Assembly: GCF_000006765.1 (NCBI RefSeq)
Contig: NC_002516.2
DNA length: 64,000 nucleotides
Direction: 5' to 3' (one strand)
Source: Pseudomonas aeruginosa PAO1
Lineage (GTDB): Bacteria; Pseudomonadota; Gammaproteobacteria; Pseudomonadales; Pseudomonadaceae
In this document: positions 1 through 14,954 of the stretch, one piece after another
How positions within the stretch are numbered: the first letter of the stretch is position 1
Layout of the letters: every line of letters begins with the position of its first letter
The notes under the pieces: generated by a model
Database searches by the model: none
Told to the model about the DNA's origin: nothing
What the model saw: only the letters and a program-made list of their open reading frames with translations
Position numbers and translations under genes: made by a program

Positions 1-151
1 GCACCACCGCCTGGTCGGCTTCGCCCAGCCAGTCGCCGACCACGGTGACCGTGCCCAGCTCCTTGGCTTCCTCTTCGGCCTGCGCCGCCTGCATGGACAC
101 ACCCAGCGCGATGGCGACGGCCAGGCGCGACAACGAACTCACGGACGACAT
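1..151 (-). CDS. TonB-dependent receptor, N-terminal fragment (continues off the left edge; PA3268-like)
   Basis: Hand translation from ATG at 151: MSSVSSLSRLAVAIALGVSMQAAQA-EEEAKELGTVTVVG. This gives a signal peptide plus a TonB-box-like TVTVVG, with a GGAG RBS upstream. Confidence 0.8.
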   Translation of the reverse strand, partial: MSSVSSLSRLAVAIALGVSMQAAQAEEEAKELGTVTVVGDWLGEADQAVV

Positions 152-247
152 CGAGGCTCCCCCAGGGACGCAGGAAAAAGTGGGGCGCAAAATTACGGCA
201 AATCGTAAAGAACGTAAATACAAATGATTTGCAAATGTGAGCTTGAC

Positions 248-1144
248 TTATTCGTAGATCGTCAAGGATGAGCGCGCGCAGGCCGAGCGGTATTCACCCG
301 GTGCCACGCCGTAGGCCTGCTTGAACTGGCGACCGAGGTGGCTCTGGTCGGCGAAGCCCAGCTCCAGGGCCACCTCCAGCGGCGCCCGGCCGCTCTTGAG
401 CAGTGCCCTGGCCTGCTCCAGGCGGCGCTGCCTGAGCCAGGCGTGGGGCGGCATGCCGGTGGCGCGACGGAAGACCCGGGCAAAATGGAACGGGGACAGA
501 TTGACCGCCGCCGCCAGTTCCTCCAGCGAAGGCGGATCGAGCAACCGCGCCGCCAGCAGTTCGCGGGCACGGGCCACCGCCAACGGCTCCTGCCCGGCCT
601 TCGGCGCTTCTGGCAGGCGGGCGTGGCGACGGAACAGGGCGAGCACCGTCTCACGCCAGCGGGTCTGGGTTTCCAGGCTGTCGGCATGCTCGGCCAGCAG
701 GCGGTGCAAGTGGACGAAGGCGCGTGCCAGGGGCTGGTCGTGGATCACGCTGTCGGCGAAGCGCGGCACGCCGCCATGATGGATTTCCAGCTCGTCGAGA
801 ATCCCGTCGATCTGTTCCATTTCCGGGTAGTAGCCGCGATAGAGCCAACCGGCATCATGGGCCTTGGAGCCGGTGTGCACTTCGTCGGGGTTGATCAGCA
901 CCATGCTGCCCAGCGGGGCCAGGTGCTCGCCGCCACGATGGCGGAAGCGCTGCGCGCCCTGCTCGATGATGACCAGGGCGAAGCTGCTGTGCACGTGCGG
1001 CGCGAAGCGCTGCTCCACATAGCGCGCGTGCAGCAGTTCGACGCCGCCCAGTTCGGCGGCGCGCCAGAAATGCGTGTGTTCTCCGCTCGTCTCGTCCGGC
1101 ACTGCCGTCTCCTCGTTCGCCCGTCCGGACGGGCCGCCCAGCAT
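248..1144 (-). CDS. AraC-family transcriptional regulator (PA3269-like); start may be GTG at 1102
   Basis: N-terminal cupin (FAPHVH...EQG) and C-terminal double HTH (LSPFHFARVF...ALELGFADQSHLGRQFKQAYGVAPGEY). Confidence 0.9.
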   Translation of the reverse strand: MLGGPSGRANEETAVPDETSGEHTHFWRAAELGGVELLHARYVEQRFAPHVHSSFALVIIEQGAQRFRHRGGEHLAPLGSMVLINPDEVHTGSKAHDAGWLYRGYYPEMEQIDGILDELEIHHGGVPRFADSVIHDQPLARAFVHLHRLLAEHADSLETQTRWRETVLALFRRHARLPEAPKAGQEPLAVARARELLAARLLDPPSLEELAAAVNLSPFHFARVFRRATGMPPHAWLRQRRLEQARALLKSGRAPLEVALELGFADQSHLGRQFKQAYGVAPGEYRSACARSSLTIYE

Positions 1145-1168
1145 ACCGCAGGAGCGACGGAACCGGCT

Positions 1169-1738
1169 TCAGCCGGTGAAGCTGGCTTCCAGCGCCGCCT
1201 TGACCTGCGGCCATTCGTGGTCGGTGATGCTGTAGACGAAGGTGTCGTCTAGCCGCCCGCCGGCCAGCCGCCGGTGGTTGCGCAGCACGCCCTCGCGCTG
1301 CGCGCCGAGCTTGTCGATGGCGCCCTGGGCGCGCAGGTTGCTCGCCGCCGTGCTGAGCTGCACGCGGACCATGCGCAGGTTGTCGAAGGCATGCTTGAGC
1401 ATCAGGTACTTGATCATGCGGTTCAGGCCGCTGCCGTGCTGGGCCTGGTCGAGCCAGGTCCAGCCGATCTCGCAGGCCGGCAAGGCGGGAAGGAACTCGG
1501 CGAAGCGCGTGGTCCCGACCAGTTGCACACCGAGGCGGACGGCGAGCGGCAACGCCCTGCCCTCGCGCTGCTCGGCGAGGCTCTGGCGGTACCAGTCCGG
1601 CCGCGTCGGTCCGTCCATGTACTGCAGCGCCTCGCGGTTGGCTTCGGCGAGGCTCACCAGCTCGGGAATGTCCGCTTCCACCAGCGGCTCGAGACGCAAG
1701 GCTCCGCGCTGCAGGGTGATCGGTAGCGGCTTGAACAT
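1169..1738 (-). CDS. GNAT/RimJ-RimL-like N-acetyltransferase (PA3270-like)
   Basis: EIGWTWL...HGSGLN and NLRAQGAIDKLGAQREGVLR motifs; start taken at MFKPLP with a GGAGG RBS. Confidence 0.85.
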   Translation of the reverse strand: MFKPLPITLQRGALRLEPLVEADIPELVSLAEANREALQYMDGPTRPDWYRQSLAEQREGRALPLAVRLGVQLVGTTRFAEFLPALPACEIGWTWLDQAQHGSGLNRMIKYLMLKHAFDNLRMVRVQLSTAASNLRAQGAIDKLGAQREGVLRNHRRLAGGRLDDTFVYSITDHEWPQVKAALEASFTG

Positions 1739-2021
1739 GGGCGCCCTCCTCGACATCGACGCAAAACTCCGCTCCCATCAGAGCGTAGCGGCCGCGTTTA
1801 GTGCCGCAGCCGAAACCGGCTACGATGAACGGACAGCCGGCCGCCGGGGCCGTCCGCGCTCACGCAGCCCGGCACGCTACCAACTCCGCGCGTCCGGCTC
1901 AAGCATGCGTGCGACCTTGGTCGCAGGCGGCCTGACGCGCGGGCCGACAAGTGCGAAACTGGCGCGAAAGCAAGACCCCCGCCTCACGCCAGCTTCACGC
2001 GGGGACATCATCGGAGTTCGC

Positions 2022-5000
2022 ATGTCGCTGTCCATCGGGCTGATCGCCGTGGTCGCCCTGGTCTACATGGCCATCCTGTTCGCCATCGCCTTCTATGGCG
2101 ACCGTCGCCGCACCCCGCTCTCACCCCGCCTGCGTGCCTGGGTCTACAGCCTCTCCCTGGCAGTGTACTGCACCAGCTGGACCTTCTTCGGCGCGGTCGG
2201 CCAGGCCACCGACCAGCTCTGGTCGTTCCTGCCGATCTACCTCGGACCGGTGCTGCTGATGCTGTTCGCGCCCTGGGTGCTGCAGAAGATGATCATGATC
2301 AGCAAGCAGGAGAACATCACCTCCATCGCCGACTTCATCGCCGCCCGCTACGGCAAGTCGCAGGCGCTGGCGGTGGTGGTGGCGCTGATCTGCATGGTCG
2401 GCGTGCTGCCCTATATCGCCCTGCAACTGAAAGGCATCGTCCTCGGGGTGAACCTGCTGATCGGCTCCGGCGCCGACTCCACCGGTACCCGCGCCCAGGA
2501 CACGGCGCTGATCGTGTCGCTGGTGCTGGCGCTGTTCACCATCGTCTTCGGTACCCGCAGCCTGGATGTCACCGAACACCACCGCGGCATGGTCCTGGCC
2601 ATCGCCTTCGAGTCGCTGGTCAAGCTCACCGCCTTCCTCGCCGTGGGCATCTTCGCCACCTTCGGCCTCTACGACGGCTTCGCCGATCTCTTCTCCCAGG
2701 CCCGCGCCGCGCCGCAGTTGGCCGACTACTGGGAAGAGACCGTGCACTGGCCGGCGATGCTGCTGCAGACCGGCGTGGCGATGACCGCGATCATGTGCCT
2801 GCCGCGGCAATTCCACGTCACCGTGGTGGAGAACATCGAGCCGCGCGACCTCAACCTGGCGCGCTGGGTGTTCCCCATCTACCTGGTGCTGGCCGCGTTG
2901 TTCGTGGTGCCGATCGCCCTCGCCGGCCAATTGCACCTGCCCGCCGGGGTAATGCCGGACTCCTTCGTCATCAGCCTGCCGCTGGCCGAGGCGCACCCGG
3001 CGCTGGCCCTGCTGGCATTCATTGGCGGCGCCTCGGCCGCCACCGGAATGGTCATCGTCGCCAGCGTCGCGCTGTCGACCATGGTCTCCAACGACATGCT
3101 CCTGCCGTGGCTGCTGCGACGCCGGGAAAAGGACACCGAACGGCCCTTCGAGGCCTTCCGTCACTGGCTGCTGACCGTACGCCGGGTGAGCATCGCGGTG
3201 ATCCTGCTGCTCGCCTACGTGGCCTACCGCCTGCTCGGCTCCAGCGCCAGCCTGGCGACCATCGGCCAGATCGCCTTCGCCGCCATCGCCCAGCTCGGCC
3301 CGGCGATGATCGGCGCGCTGTACTGGAAACAGGCCAACCGCCGCGGGGTCTTCGCCGGCCTCGCCGCCGGCTCGCTGCTGTGGGCCTATACGCTGGTCCT
3401 GCCGGTGGTGGCCAAGGGCCTCGGCTGGCCGCTGGAGCGCATCCCCGGCCTGACCTGGCTGGCAAGCAATCCCTTCGGCCTGCCGATCGAGCCGCTGACC
3501 CAGGGCGTGCTGATCTCGCTGGTCGGCAACTTCGCCCTGTTCGGCCTGGTCTCGGTGCTCTCGCGCACCCGCGTGTCCGAGCACTGGCAGGCCAGCCGCT
3601 TCATCGGCCAGGAGATCTCCCAGCGGCAGAACTCGCGCTTCATGCTCGCGGTGCAGGTGGAAGACCTGCTGATGCTCGCCGCGCGTTTCGTCGGCGAGGA
3701 ACGCGCGCGGCAAAGCTTCATCCGCTTCGCCTACCGCCAGGGCAAGGGCTTCACCCCGAACCAGACCGCCAACAACGAGTGGATCGCGCACACCGAGCGC
3801 CTGCTCGCCGGGGTCCTCGGCGCGTCCTCGGCGCGGGCGGTGGTGAAGGCCGCCATCGAAGGGCGCGAGATGCAGGTGGAGGACGTGGTGCGGATCGCCG
3901 ACGAAGCCTCCGAGGTGCTGCAATTCAACCGCGCCCTGCTGCAGGGCGCGATCGAGAACATTACCCAGGGCATCAGCGTGGTCGACCAGTCGCTGCGCCT
4001 GGTGGCCTGGAACCACCGCTACCTGGAGCTGTTCGAGTACCCGGACGGGCTGATCTACGTCGGCCGGCCGATCGCCGACATCATCCGCTACAACGCCGAT
4101 CGCGGCCTGTGCGGGCCCGGCGATCCGGACATGCACGTGGCCAAGCGCCTGTACTGGATGCGCCAGGGCACTCCGCACACCTCCGAGCGGCTGTTCCCCA
4201 ACGGCCGGGTCATCGAGCTGATCGGCAACCCGATGCCCGGCGGCGGCTTCGTCATGAGCTTCACCGATATCACCGCCTACCGCGAGGCCGAACAGGGCCT
4301 CAAGGGCGCCAACGAGTCGCTGGAACAGCGGGTCCAGGAGCGTACCCAGGAACTCTCGCAGTTGAACCAGGAACTCAGCGAGGCGAAGAGCAACGCCGAG
4401 GCCGCCAACCAGTCGAAGACCCGCTTCCTCGCCGCCGTCAGCCACGACCTGATGCAGCCGCTGAACGCCGCGCGGCTGTTCTCCGCCGCCCTCGCCCACC
4501 AGGACGCGCTGCCCGGCGAGGTCCGCGACCTGGTGCAGCACCTCGACTCGTCGCTGCGTTCCGCCGAGGACCTGATCACCGACCTGCTGGACATCTCGCG
4601 CCTGGAAAGCGGCCGGGTCAGCGCCGAACGCAACCCGTTCCCGCTGAACAACCTCTACGATGCCCTCGGCGTCGAGTTCAAGGCGCTGGCCCAGGAACAG
4701 GGCCTGCATTTCCGCCTGCGCGGCAGCCAGCTGCGGGTGGACAGCGACATCAAGCTGCTGCGGCGCATCCTGCAGAACTTCCTGACCAACGCTTTCCGCT
4801 ACGCCAAGGGCCACGTGCTGCTCGGCGTCCGCCGCGAGGACGGCTACCTGCGCCTGGAGGTCTGGGACCAGGGGCCGGGCATCCCACCGGACAAGCAGAA
4901 AGTCATCTTCGAAGAGTTCAAGCGCCTGGACAGCCACCAGACCCGCGCGGAGAAAGGCCTCGGTCTCGGCCTGGCGATCGCCGACCGGCTCTGCAAGGTC

Positions 5001-5501
5001 CTCGGCCATCCGCTGGAAGTACGTTCCTGGCCGGGCAAGGGCAGCGTCTTCAGCGTCCGCGTACCGCTGGCGCGGCAGGCGCCGCCGGCCCTGGCCAACG
5101 GCCACAAGGCCGAACCGGCGCAGGCGCTGAACGGCGCCCAGGTGCTCTGCGTGGACAACGAGGACAGCATCCTCGCCGGCATGAACAGCCTGCTCAGCCG
5201 CTGGGGCTGCCAGGTCTGGACCGCGCGCAGCCGCGAGGAATGCGCCACGCTCCTGGACAGCGAGATGCGCCCGCAACTGGCGTTGATCGACTATCACCTC
5301 GACGACGGCGAGACCGGTACGCAATTGATGGCCTGGCTGCGCACGCGCCTGGGCGAGCCGGTGCCGGGGGTGGTGATCAGCGCCGACGCGCGGCCGGAAC
5401 TGGTGGCGGAGATCCACGCCGCCGGCCTCGACTACCTGTCCAAGCCGGTCAAGCCGGCCGCGTTGCGGGCCCTGCTCAGCCGCCATCTGAGCCTGCGCTG
5501 A
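2022..5501 (+). CDS. mxtR: Hybrid sensor histidine kinase, SLC5(SSF)-STAC-PAS-HisKA-HATPase-REC (MxtR/CrbS, PA3271)
   Basis: Multi-TM SSF domain (YCTSWTFFG), H-box FLAAVSHDLMQPL, N-box NFLTNAFRY, G-boxes DQGPGI/GLGLGL, receiver LIDYHLD. Start at MSLSIG after GGAG. Confidence 0.9.
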   Translation: MSLSIGLIAVVALVYMAILFAIAFYGDRRRTPLSPRLRAWVYSLSLAVYCTSWTFFGAVGQATDQLWSFLPIYLGPVLLMLFAPWVLQKMIMISKQENITSIADFIAARYGKSQALAVVVALICMVGVLPYIALQLKGIVLGVNLLIGSGADSTGTRAQDTALIVSLVLALFTIVFGTRSLDVTEHHRGMVLAIAFESLVKLTAFLAVGIFATFGLYDGFADLFSQARAAPQLADYWEETVHWPAMLLQTGVAMTAIMCLPRQFHVTVVENIEPRDLNLARWVFPIYLVLAALFVVPIALAGQLHLPAGVMPDSFVISLPLAEAHPALALLAFIGGASAATGMVIVASVALSTMVSNDMLLPWLLRRREKDTERPFEAFRHWLLTVRRVSIAVILLLAYVAYRLLGSSASLATIGQIAFAAIAQLGPAMIGALYWKQANRRGVFAGLAAGSLLWAYTLVLPVVAKGLGWPLERIPGLTWLASNPFGLPIEPLTQGVLISLVGNFALFGLVSVLSRTRVSEHWQASRFIGQEISQRQNSRFMLAVQVEDLLMLAARFVGEERARQSFIRFAYRQGKGFTPNQTANNEWIAHTERLLAGVLGASSARAVVKAAIEGREMQVEDVVRIADEASEVLQFNRALLQGAIENITQGISVVDQSLRLVAWNHRYLELFEYPDGLIYVGRPIADIIRYNADRGLCGPGDPDMHVAKRLYWMRQGTPHTSERLFPNGRVIELIGNPMPGGGFVMSFTDITAYREAEQGLKGANESLEQRVQERTQELSQLNQELSEAKSNAEAANQSKTRFLAAVSHDLMQPLNAARLFSAALAHQDALPGEVRDLVQHLDSSLRSAEDLITDLLDISRLESGRVSAERNPFPLNNLYDALGVEFKALAQEQGLHFRLRGSQLRVDSDIKLLRRILQNFLTNAFRYAKGHVLLGVRREDGYLRLEVWDQGPGIPPDKQKVIFEEFKRLDSHQTRAEKGLGLGLAIADRLCKVLGHPLEVRSWPGKGSVFSVRVPLARQAPPALANGHKAEPAQALNGAQVLCVDNEDSILAGMNSLLSRWGCQVWTARSREECATLLDSEMRPQLALIDYHLDDGETGTQLMAWLRTRLGEPVPGVVISADARPELVAEIHAAGLDYLSKPVKPAALRALLSRHLSLR

Positions 5502-5508
5502 GCGGGCC

Positions 5509-9855
<4,347 letters not shown>

Positions 9856-9923
9856 CATGCTTCGCACTATGGTGGCGCCGCGGGCGACTCACAAGCCCCG
9901 CCGATCGCCCGTCGGGCGCAGTT

Positions 9924-10307
9924 TCAGAGCCCGGCGACGAAACGGTCGAAGCGCTCGGCGTGCAGCGCTTCGCTGCCGTTCTCCTCGAGCAGCCGGCGAG
10001 CCTCGGCGGCCTTCGGCGTCTCGCCGCCGATCAGGCCGAGCAGGCGCTCGCCGCGCGGCGTGAGGACGAAGTTCTCGCCATTGCCGCCCTGCTCTTCCGG
10101 ACGCGGCTCGATGAAGCCGCCCTCCAGCAGGATCGCCTCGTAGTCGGCGGCCTTCTGCTTCAACGCATCCATGTCGCCGACCCGCTGCCCGGCCTGGGAG
10201 CGTTCCTCGGCCAGGCGTTCGGCATGGGCGCGCGGGGCGAAGTTCTCATGGGCGGACTGCCGGACCTCCAGCAGCAACCGTTCGACCAGATCCCAATCGT
10301 GAGTCAT
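9924..10307 (-). CDS. Hypothetical winged-helix/DUF2513-like protein (PA3273-like)
   Basis: Start MTHDWDLVERLL after an AGGAGG RBS; C-terminal LEGGFIE...FVLTPRGERLL resembles a wHTH wing. Confidence 0.65.
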   Translation of the reverse strand: MTHDWDLVERLLLEVRQSAHENFAPRAHAERLAEERSQAGQRVGDMDALKQKAADYEAILLEGGFIEPRPEEQGGNGENFVLTPRGERLLGLIGGETPKAAEARRLLEENGSEALHAERFDRFVAGL

Positions 10308-10473
10308 GGCATACCTCCTGCGGCATAAGCGACGAGGGTCCTTCGCACCCTCTCTATGCGTGCGACCCGCAACCCGCCGCGAGGGTTCGAATCGGTCGCC
10401 GTCCGGCGTTGCGGCTGAACTTTGTCGGCTCGACCGGGCTCCACCGCTCAGGACCACCCCACAGGAGTACGCC

Positions 10474-10761
10474 ATGAAACCGCTTTTCGCCCTCGCCAGC
10501 GCCTGCGCCTTGCTGGTCGCCACGCCGGTCTTCGCCTGTTCCGAAGCGGAGGCGGAAAAGATGGGCAAGGAAGTCGCCACCAAGGTCGCCTCGATCACCC
10601 AGAAGAACCCGCAACGGGCCAGGGAACTCAACGAGCAGTTGCGCCAGCGCCAGGAAGCCCGCTCGGAACAGAACCGGCCGAGCGATTGCGATGCCTACGC
10701 GCAGATGCTCAAGGAACTGGATCAGGAAAAAGGTGACGTACAGCGCAACACTTCGCAGTGA
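10474..10761 (+). CDS. Small secreted helical protein with two Cys (PA3274-like)
   Basis: AGGAG RBS, signal peptide MKPLFALASACALLVATPVFA, mature CSEAE...SDCDAY. Confidence 0.7.
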   Translation: MKPLFALASACALLVATPVFACSEAEAEKMGKEVATKVASITQKNPQRARELNEQLRQRQEARSEQNRPSDCDAYAQMLKELDQEKGDVQRNTSQ

Positions 10762-10839
10762 TCCGCCGGTTCGGGGTGCGGTGGCCCGGGACGGCGGGGT
10801 CCGGCGCCCGTGACGGGCGCGCCACCCACCCCGCCTGAG

Positions 10840-11169
10840 TCACTGAGACAGGCGCGGGCCGAACAGCACGACGCTGGCACCGACCACGCACAAGGCCACG
10901 CCCAGCCAGTCGCTCCATAGCGGCCGCGAGCGCTCGACAAAAGCCAGCCAGAACAGCGACGCGGCGACGTAGATGCCGCCATAGGCGGCATAGGCGCGGC
11001 CGGCGTAGCTGGCCTCCACGCGGGTCAGCAGCAAGGCGAACAGGGTCAGGCTGAGCAGGCCGGGCAGCACCCACAGGGCGCTCTTGCCCAGCCGCAGCCA
11101 GAGATAGAAAGCGTAGCAGCCGGCGATCTCGCAGAACGCCGCGAGGACGAACCAGAAGTAGTTGATCAC
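10840..11169 (-). CDS. ynfA: YnfA/UPF0060 (SMR-like) membrane protein
   Basis: [10 protein letters not shown]...[11 protein letters not shown] signature, four TMs, GTG start overlapping the upstream stop (GTGA). Confidence 0.9.
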   Translation of the reverse strand: MINYFWFVLAAFCEIAGCYAFYLWLRLGKSALWVLPGLLSLTLFALLLTRVEASYAGRAYAAYGGIYVAASLFWLAFVERSRPLWSDWLGVALCVVGASVVLFGPRLSQ

Positions 11170-11588
11170 CGCCGCCCGCCCTCCCGCTCCCAGGCGCAGC
11201 GGACCTGCAGGTCGCTCTCCTGGGGGGTATGGAAGCCACGCTCGGACTCCCAGCGGAAGGTATGGCTGCCGTTCACTTCGGTCTCCAGGTGGACCACCGC
11301 GCTGGCCCAGTAGAGGCGCCTGAGCAACGCCTCGAACTGCTCGACCCACAGGCTCCACTCGTATTCGATGGCCTGGTAGCTGGCACCGAAGTGGATGATC
11401 TGGGTCTGGTAGAGCCCGGCCCCGGACTGCTCGCAGCGGCTGAACATCTCGCGTCCGAGGAACGGCCAGGCCTCGCCGCCCGGCAGGCTGTCCAGCACGC
11501 GGCGGTTGGCGGCACGACGCATGCGCCGCTCCATCGAATCGCCCGGCCAGTCGCGGATGCAGCCATAGACGATGGATTCAGACTCCAC
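11166..11588 (-). CDS. Conserved hypothetical protein (PA3276-like), translationally coupled to ynfA
   Basis: ORF with typical codon usage (IIHFGASY...EYEWSLW...VHLETE); 4-nt overlap with ynfA. Confidence 0.7.
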   Translation of the reverse strand: MESESIVYGCIRDWPGDSMERRMRRAANRRVLDSLPGGEAWPFLGREMFSRCEQSGAGLYQTQIIHFGASYQAIEYEWSLWVEQFEALLRRLYWASAVVHLETEVNGSHTFRWESERGFHTPQESDLQVRCAWEREGGRR

Positions 11589-11651
11589 AGGGGTACTCCA
11601 GAACAGAACGGACTCGCAGAGGCAGCCTTCTAGCACAGGGCGCGAGGCCGG

Positions 11652-11687
11652 AAAAGCAAAAAGCCTCGCAAATGAGCGAGGCTTCTT
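11652..11687 (-). terminator. Intrinsic terminator downstream of the SDR gene
   Basis: Stem AAGCCTCGC/GCGAGGCTT followed by a T-run on the minus strand. Confidence 0.65.
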
Positions 11688-11820
11688 GTGGGGTCCAACG
11701 TACTTCGGCAGGCAGGCCGGTGACTCAAGCTACTCGATCGCACCGCCTTGGGCAAGCACTATCTGCGCCGCACCGCAATGGTGCAAAGCCGCGCCCCTGC
11801 TGGCCTGCAGCCATTTCCAC

Positions 11821-12633
11821 TCAGGCCTGGCGCTGACGCTTGGCCTGCATCTTGCCGGCCATCGCGGTCATCTCGTCATAGATCGCCTGGGGATTCTGCT
11901 GCTTGATCCTCCAGGCCATCCGCGCCTGCTCGTGGGGCAGGATCAGGAAACTGCCCTTGGCCACTTCGGCGTGGATGTAGTCGGCGATGTCGGCGGCGCT
12001 GATCGGCGAACTCTCCAGCAACTTGCCGACCTGGTGCTTCATCTCGGGGCTCGGGCCGCGGAAAGAGTCCAGCAGGTTGGTCTGGAAGAACGAAGGACAG
12101 ACCACATGGACGCCGACCTCGACCAGCGCCAGCTCTACCAGCAGGCTTTCCGAAAGCGCCACCACCCCGGCCTTGGCCACGTTGTAGTTGCTCATCGCCG
12201 GGCCCTGCATCAACGCCGCCATCGAGGCGATGTTGACGATCTTGCCCTTGCTTCGCTCCAGCAACGGCAGGAAGGCCTTGCAGCCCTTGACCACGCCTAT
12301 CAGGTTGATCGCGATCTGCCAGTCCCAGTCCTCCAGGGACAACTCGCCGAAGAAGCCGCCGGAGGCCACCCCGGCGTTGTTGACGATGACGTCGATGCCG
12401 CCGAACTTCTCCTCGCAGCTCTGCGCCAGCGCGGTCAGTTGACTGTAGTCGCGTACGTCGCAACGCTGGGTGAAGCCATCGCCACCCGCCTCGCGCACCA
12501 GTTTCAGGCTTTCCGCCAGGCCGGCCTCGTTGACGTCGGCCAGCGCCAGGCGCCAGCCGTCACGCGCCCAGCGCAGGGCGATTTCGCGCCCCAGCCCGGA
12601 GCCGGCACCGGTGATCATCATGCGGTTTTGCAT
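11821..12633 (-). CDS. Short-chain dehydrogenase/reductase (PA3277-like)
   Basis: TGAGSGLG, NNAG, YxxxK (YNVAK). Confidence 0.92.
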   Translation of the reverse strand: MQNRMMITGAGSGLGREIALRWARDGWRLALADVNEAGLAESLKLVREAGGDGFTQRCDVRDYSQLTALAQSCEEKFGGIDVIVNNAGVASGGFFGELSLEDWDWQIAINLIGVVKGCKAFLPLLERSKGKIVNIASMAALMQGPAMSNYNVAKAGVVALSESLLVELALVEVGVHVVCPSFFQTNLLDSFRGPSPEMKHQVGKLLESSPISAADIADYIHAEVAKGSFLILPHEQARMAWRIKQQNPQAIYDEMTAMAGKMQAKRQRQA

Positions 12634-12758
12634 AGGGGGTCCTGCCTTCCTGTTCGTGTGATGAAGGCCAGTGTAACCAAGGGTTTCAGCGCCCTCCGGC
12701 TAAATCAGGAAGCTGAATGCCTCGGGCAAACCCGGACATGCCGGGCCGCGCGAGGGGC

Positions 12759-13109
12759 TCAGGCGAGCAGCAGGACGCAGAGCTTGCCCAGGACCAGGGC
12801 GATGCCGCAGGAAACCAGCAGGTAGGAGGCGCCATCGAGACGCCGGCGGTACAACTGGGCGAAGGAACCCACGTGATGCTGCAGGACGAACATTCCCAGT
12901 GCCACCAGGATCGCCGGGATCAGGAAGACGAATTGCCAGAAGTGTTCGACCGCCAGCGTCGCTTCGCCGTCGTCCGCGAGCAGCAGGGCGCCCCCCAGCA
13001 ACTGGCCCAGCAACAGCAGCCCCCCGACGCCAATACAGGCACGTCCCCAGCCGATCATCAGTCCCTCCCAGAGCGTTTCCGAGGGACCAGCATAGCCAGA
13101 TGCCGCCAT
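12759..13109 (-). CDS. Small hypothetical membrane protein, about 3 TM (PA3278-like)
   Basis: Three hydrophobic segments; start position uncertain. Confidence 0.6.
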   Translation of the reverse strand: MAASGYAGPSETLWEGLMIGWGRACIGVGGLLLLGQLLGGALLLADDGEATLAVEHFWQFVFLIPAILVALGMFVLQHHVGSFAQLYRRRLDGASYLLVSCGIALVLGKLCVLLLA

Positions 13110-13226
13110 GCGATCTGTGCCCTGGGTCAAGCTGGGCGGCCCGCCCGGACATCCACCAGGCAATTTCATGACGCGGGTAACATCCTGCGGAAACGAGCCC
13201 CGCCCGCCGGACGGGGCCCGAGCGCC

Positions 13227-14549
13227 TCAGAACACGTACTGCAGGCGCATCACCAGGCCATCGCCGCTATCGTCGCCGTTGGCATTGCTGATCTTGTCGG
13301 TCTTCGCCTTGACGTAGTTGGCGGAAACCTTCACCGCCTCGTTGGCGTACCAGTTGACGCCCAGGGTATGGGTCTTGCCCTTGGCGTCGCCGACCTCGCG
13401 GGTGGCGCTGTCGACGACGATGTTGTCATCCTCGACCTTGATCGAGTCGTAGCGGTAGAACAGCTCCCAGGCGCCGATTTCCTTGTTCTCCGGCTTGATG
13501 GTGTCGAACTTGGCGCCGTCCAGCTTGTAGAGGCGCGGCTCGCCGGTGAGGGTGTAGGCCAGTTGCGCGTAATAGCCGGAGGCCTTGAGATCCTCGCGGT
13601 CGCGCTCGGCCTTGACCGTGCGCCGCAGGTACTCGGCCTGGGCCGAGAAGGCACCCAGCGCCCAGGCGCCTTCCAGGCCCCAGACCGAGTCGTCCTTCCA
13701 CAGCCCCTCGACTGCCGAACTGCCGCCGAACAGACCGCGGTTGCCATTGCTGCCGGCATCGTTGCCGCCATTGGTGGAGACGCCGCGCATGCCCATGCGC
13801 GGGCGGATCCGGGTATCCACCGCGCTGTCCTCCAGGTCGCGATAGGCGTATTGCAGGCCCAGGTGCACCACGTTGCCCGGCTCGTGCAGCGGCGCGAACA
13901 CGCCGCGCAGGTTGTAGCGCTTGACGCTGTCGCCGTCGGTATCGTTGTTGTTCTCGCTGAACACGCTGCCAGAGAGGAAAGCCATGCCGCCCACCACCGA
14001 GCTGGCTTGGATACCGGTACCGACGTTGTCGTTGACCCAGTCGGCGATGTCGTAGGTGAGGTTGCGCTCCAGCGCGGTGACCCATTTGGAGCTGGTGGCC
14101 TTTTCCAGGCCGAAGTCGGTGTAGAAGCGGCCGAACTTCAGGTTGACCGGGTTGAAGCCGGTATAGGTGACCGAAGCTTCGTCAAAGTAGCCGGCGCTGT
14201 CGTTGCCGACGTTGCGCGACAGGTCGTAGTTGATCTGGTACTTCCAGTCCCGGTAGGCGGTGCCGCCGAACTCCAGGTAGGCGCGGCGGAAGTAGGCGGC
14301 ATCGGCGGTATTGCCGTTGTTCGTGTAGTAGCCGTCGAAGCGGCCGTAGTCGGCCTGCAGGCGGCCGCCGAGCTTGAAGCTGAATTCCTTGTCGGTGGTG
14401 GCGACTTCGAGGCCGCCCTTGGTCTTGATCACGATGTCGGCACCGTCGGTGGTCACGGTCCCGGCCAGGCTCTGCGCGGAAATCGCCAGGCCCAGCAAAC
14501 TCCAGGCAACACTGCTCCCCACCCCTTTGCACGAGTGTCTGCGAATCAT
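13227..14549 (-). CDS. oprP: Phosphate-selective porin OprP
   Basis: 440 aa; mature N-terminus GTVTTDGAD; RRAYLE and GRFYTDFG (Tyr at both specificity sites); C-terminal YVF. Confidence 0.97.
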
Positions 14550-14652
14550 CAGGTAAGTCCCCTGTTCGGATTTCGAATGGTCTTGAGCAGCGCGGAAACG
14601 GCCGGTTCTGTCGCCGGCCGGCGCTGCTGGAGGGGGATCATCTGGATGGGTT

Positions 14653-14692
14653 GTGACAGCGAGACTGCAAAGCGCGAAAGCTTTTGTGACAG
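14653..14692 (-). promoter_or_regulatory. Pho box(es) of oprP
   Basis: Minus strand reads CTGTCAC (14686-92), then TTGCAGT-CTCG-CTGTCAC (14653-70), in 11-bp phase. Confidence 0.8.
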
Positions 14693-14954
14693 GCAGCCGG
14701 ATAGCGCCTGGATGAGGCCGTCGGATAAGGGCGCAGGCCTAGAGGCATCAGGTCCGGGCGACAGATGTAACAGTTTGTTTCATATATTGCGGCAACCTTG
14801 CGAAGATTGCATGACTGCAATGAAAACCAAGAGTTTCTGCCGATAACCGTCTGGCTTTCGGATATTCCTGCCAGTACCTGCGGGTAGACCTGTAGCGAAA
14901 GAAAGACCCGGTTGCAGGCTGCCAACATCGCCACAACCGGGTAAGGAAGCGATT

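Noticed and set aside
220-238. Possible Fur box upstream of the TonB-dependent receptor (ACAAATGATTTGCAAATGT)
   Set aside because: Only 8-9 of 19 positions match GATAATGATAATCATTATC by hand alignment. Plausible biologically but not supportable from sequence alone.
1242-2021. N-terminal extension of the 1419-aa sensor kinase ORF
   Set aside because: It overlaps the opposite-strand GNAT gene and has no domain signature. The RBS-backed start is at 2022.
14760-14830. Additional Pho-like heptads further upstream of oprP
   Set aside because: Spacing is 9-12 bp rather than 11 and the matches are weak.
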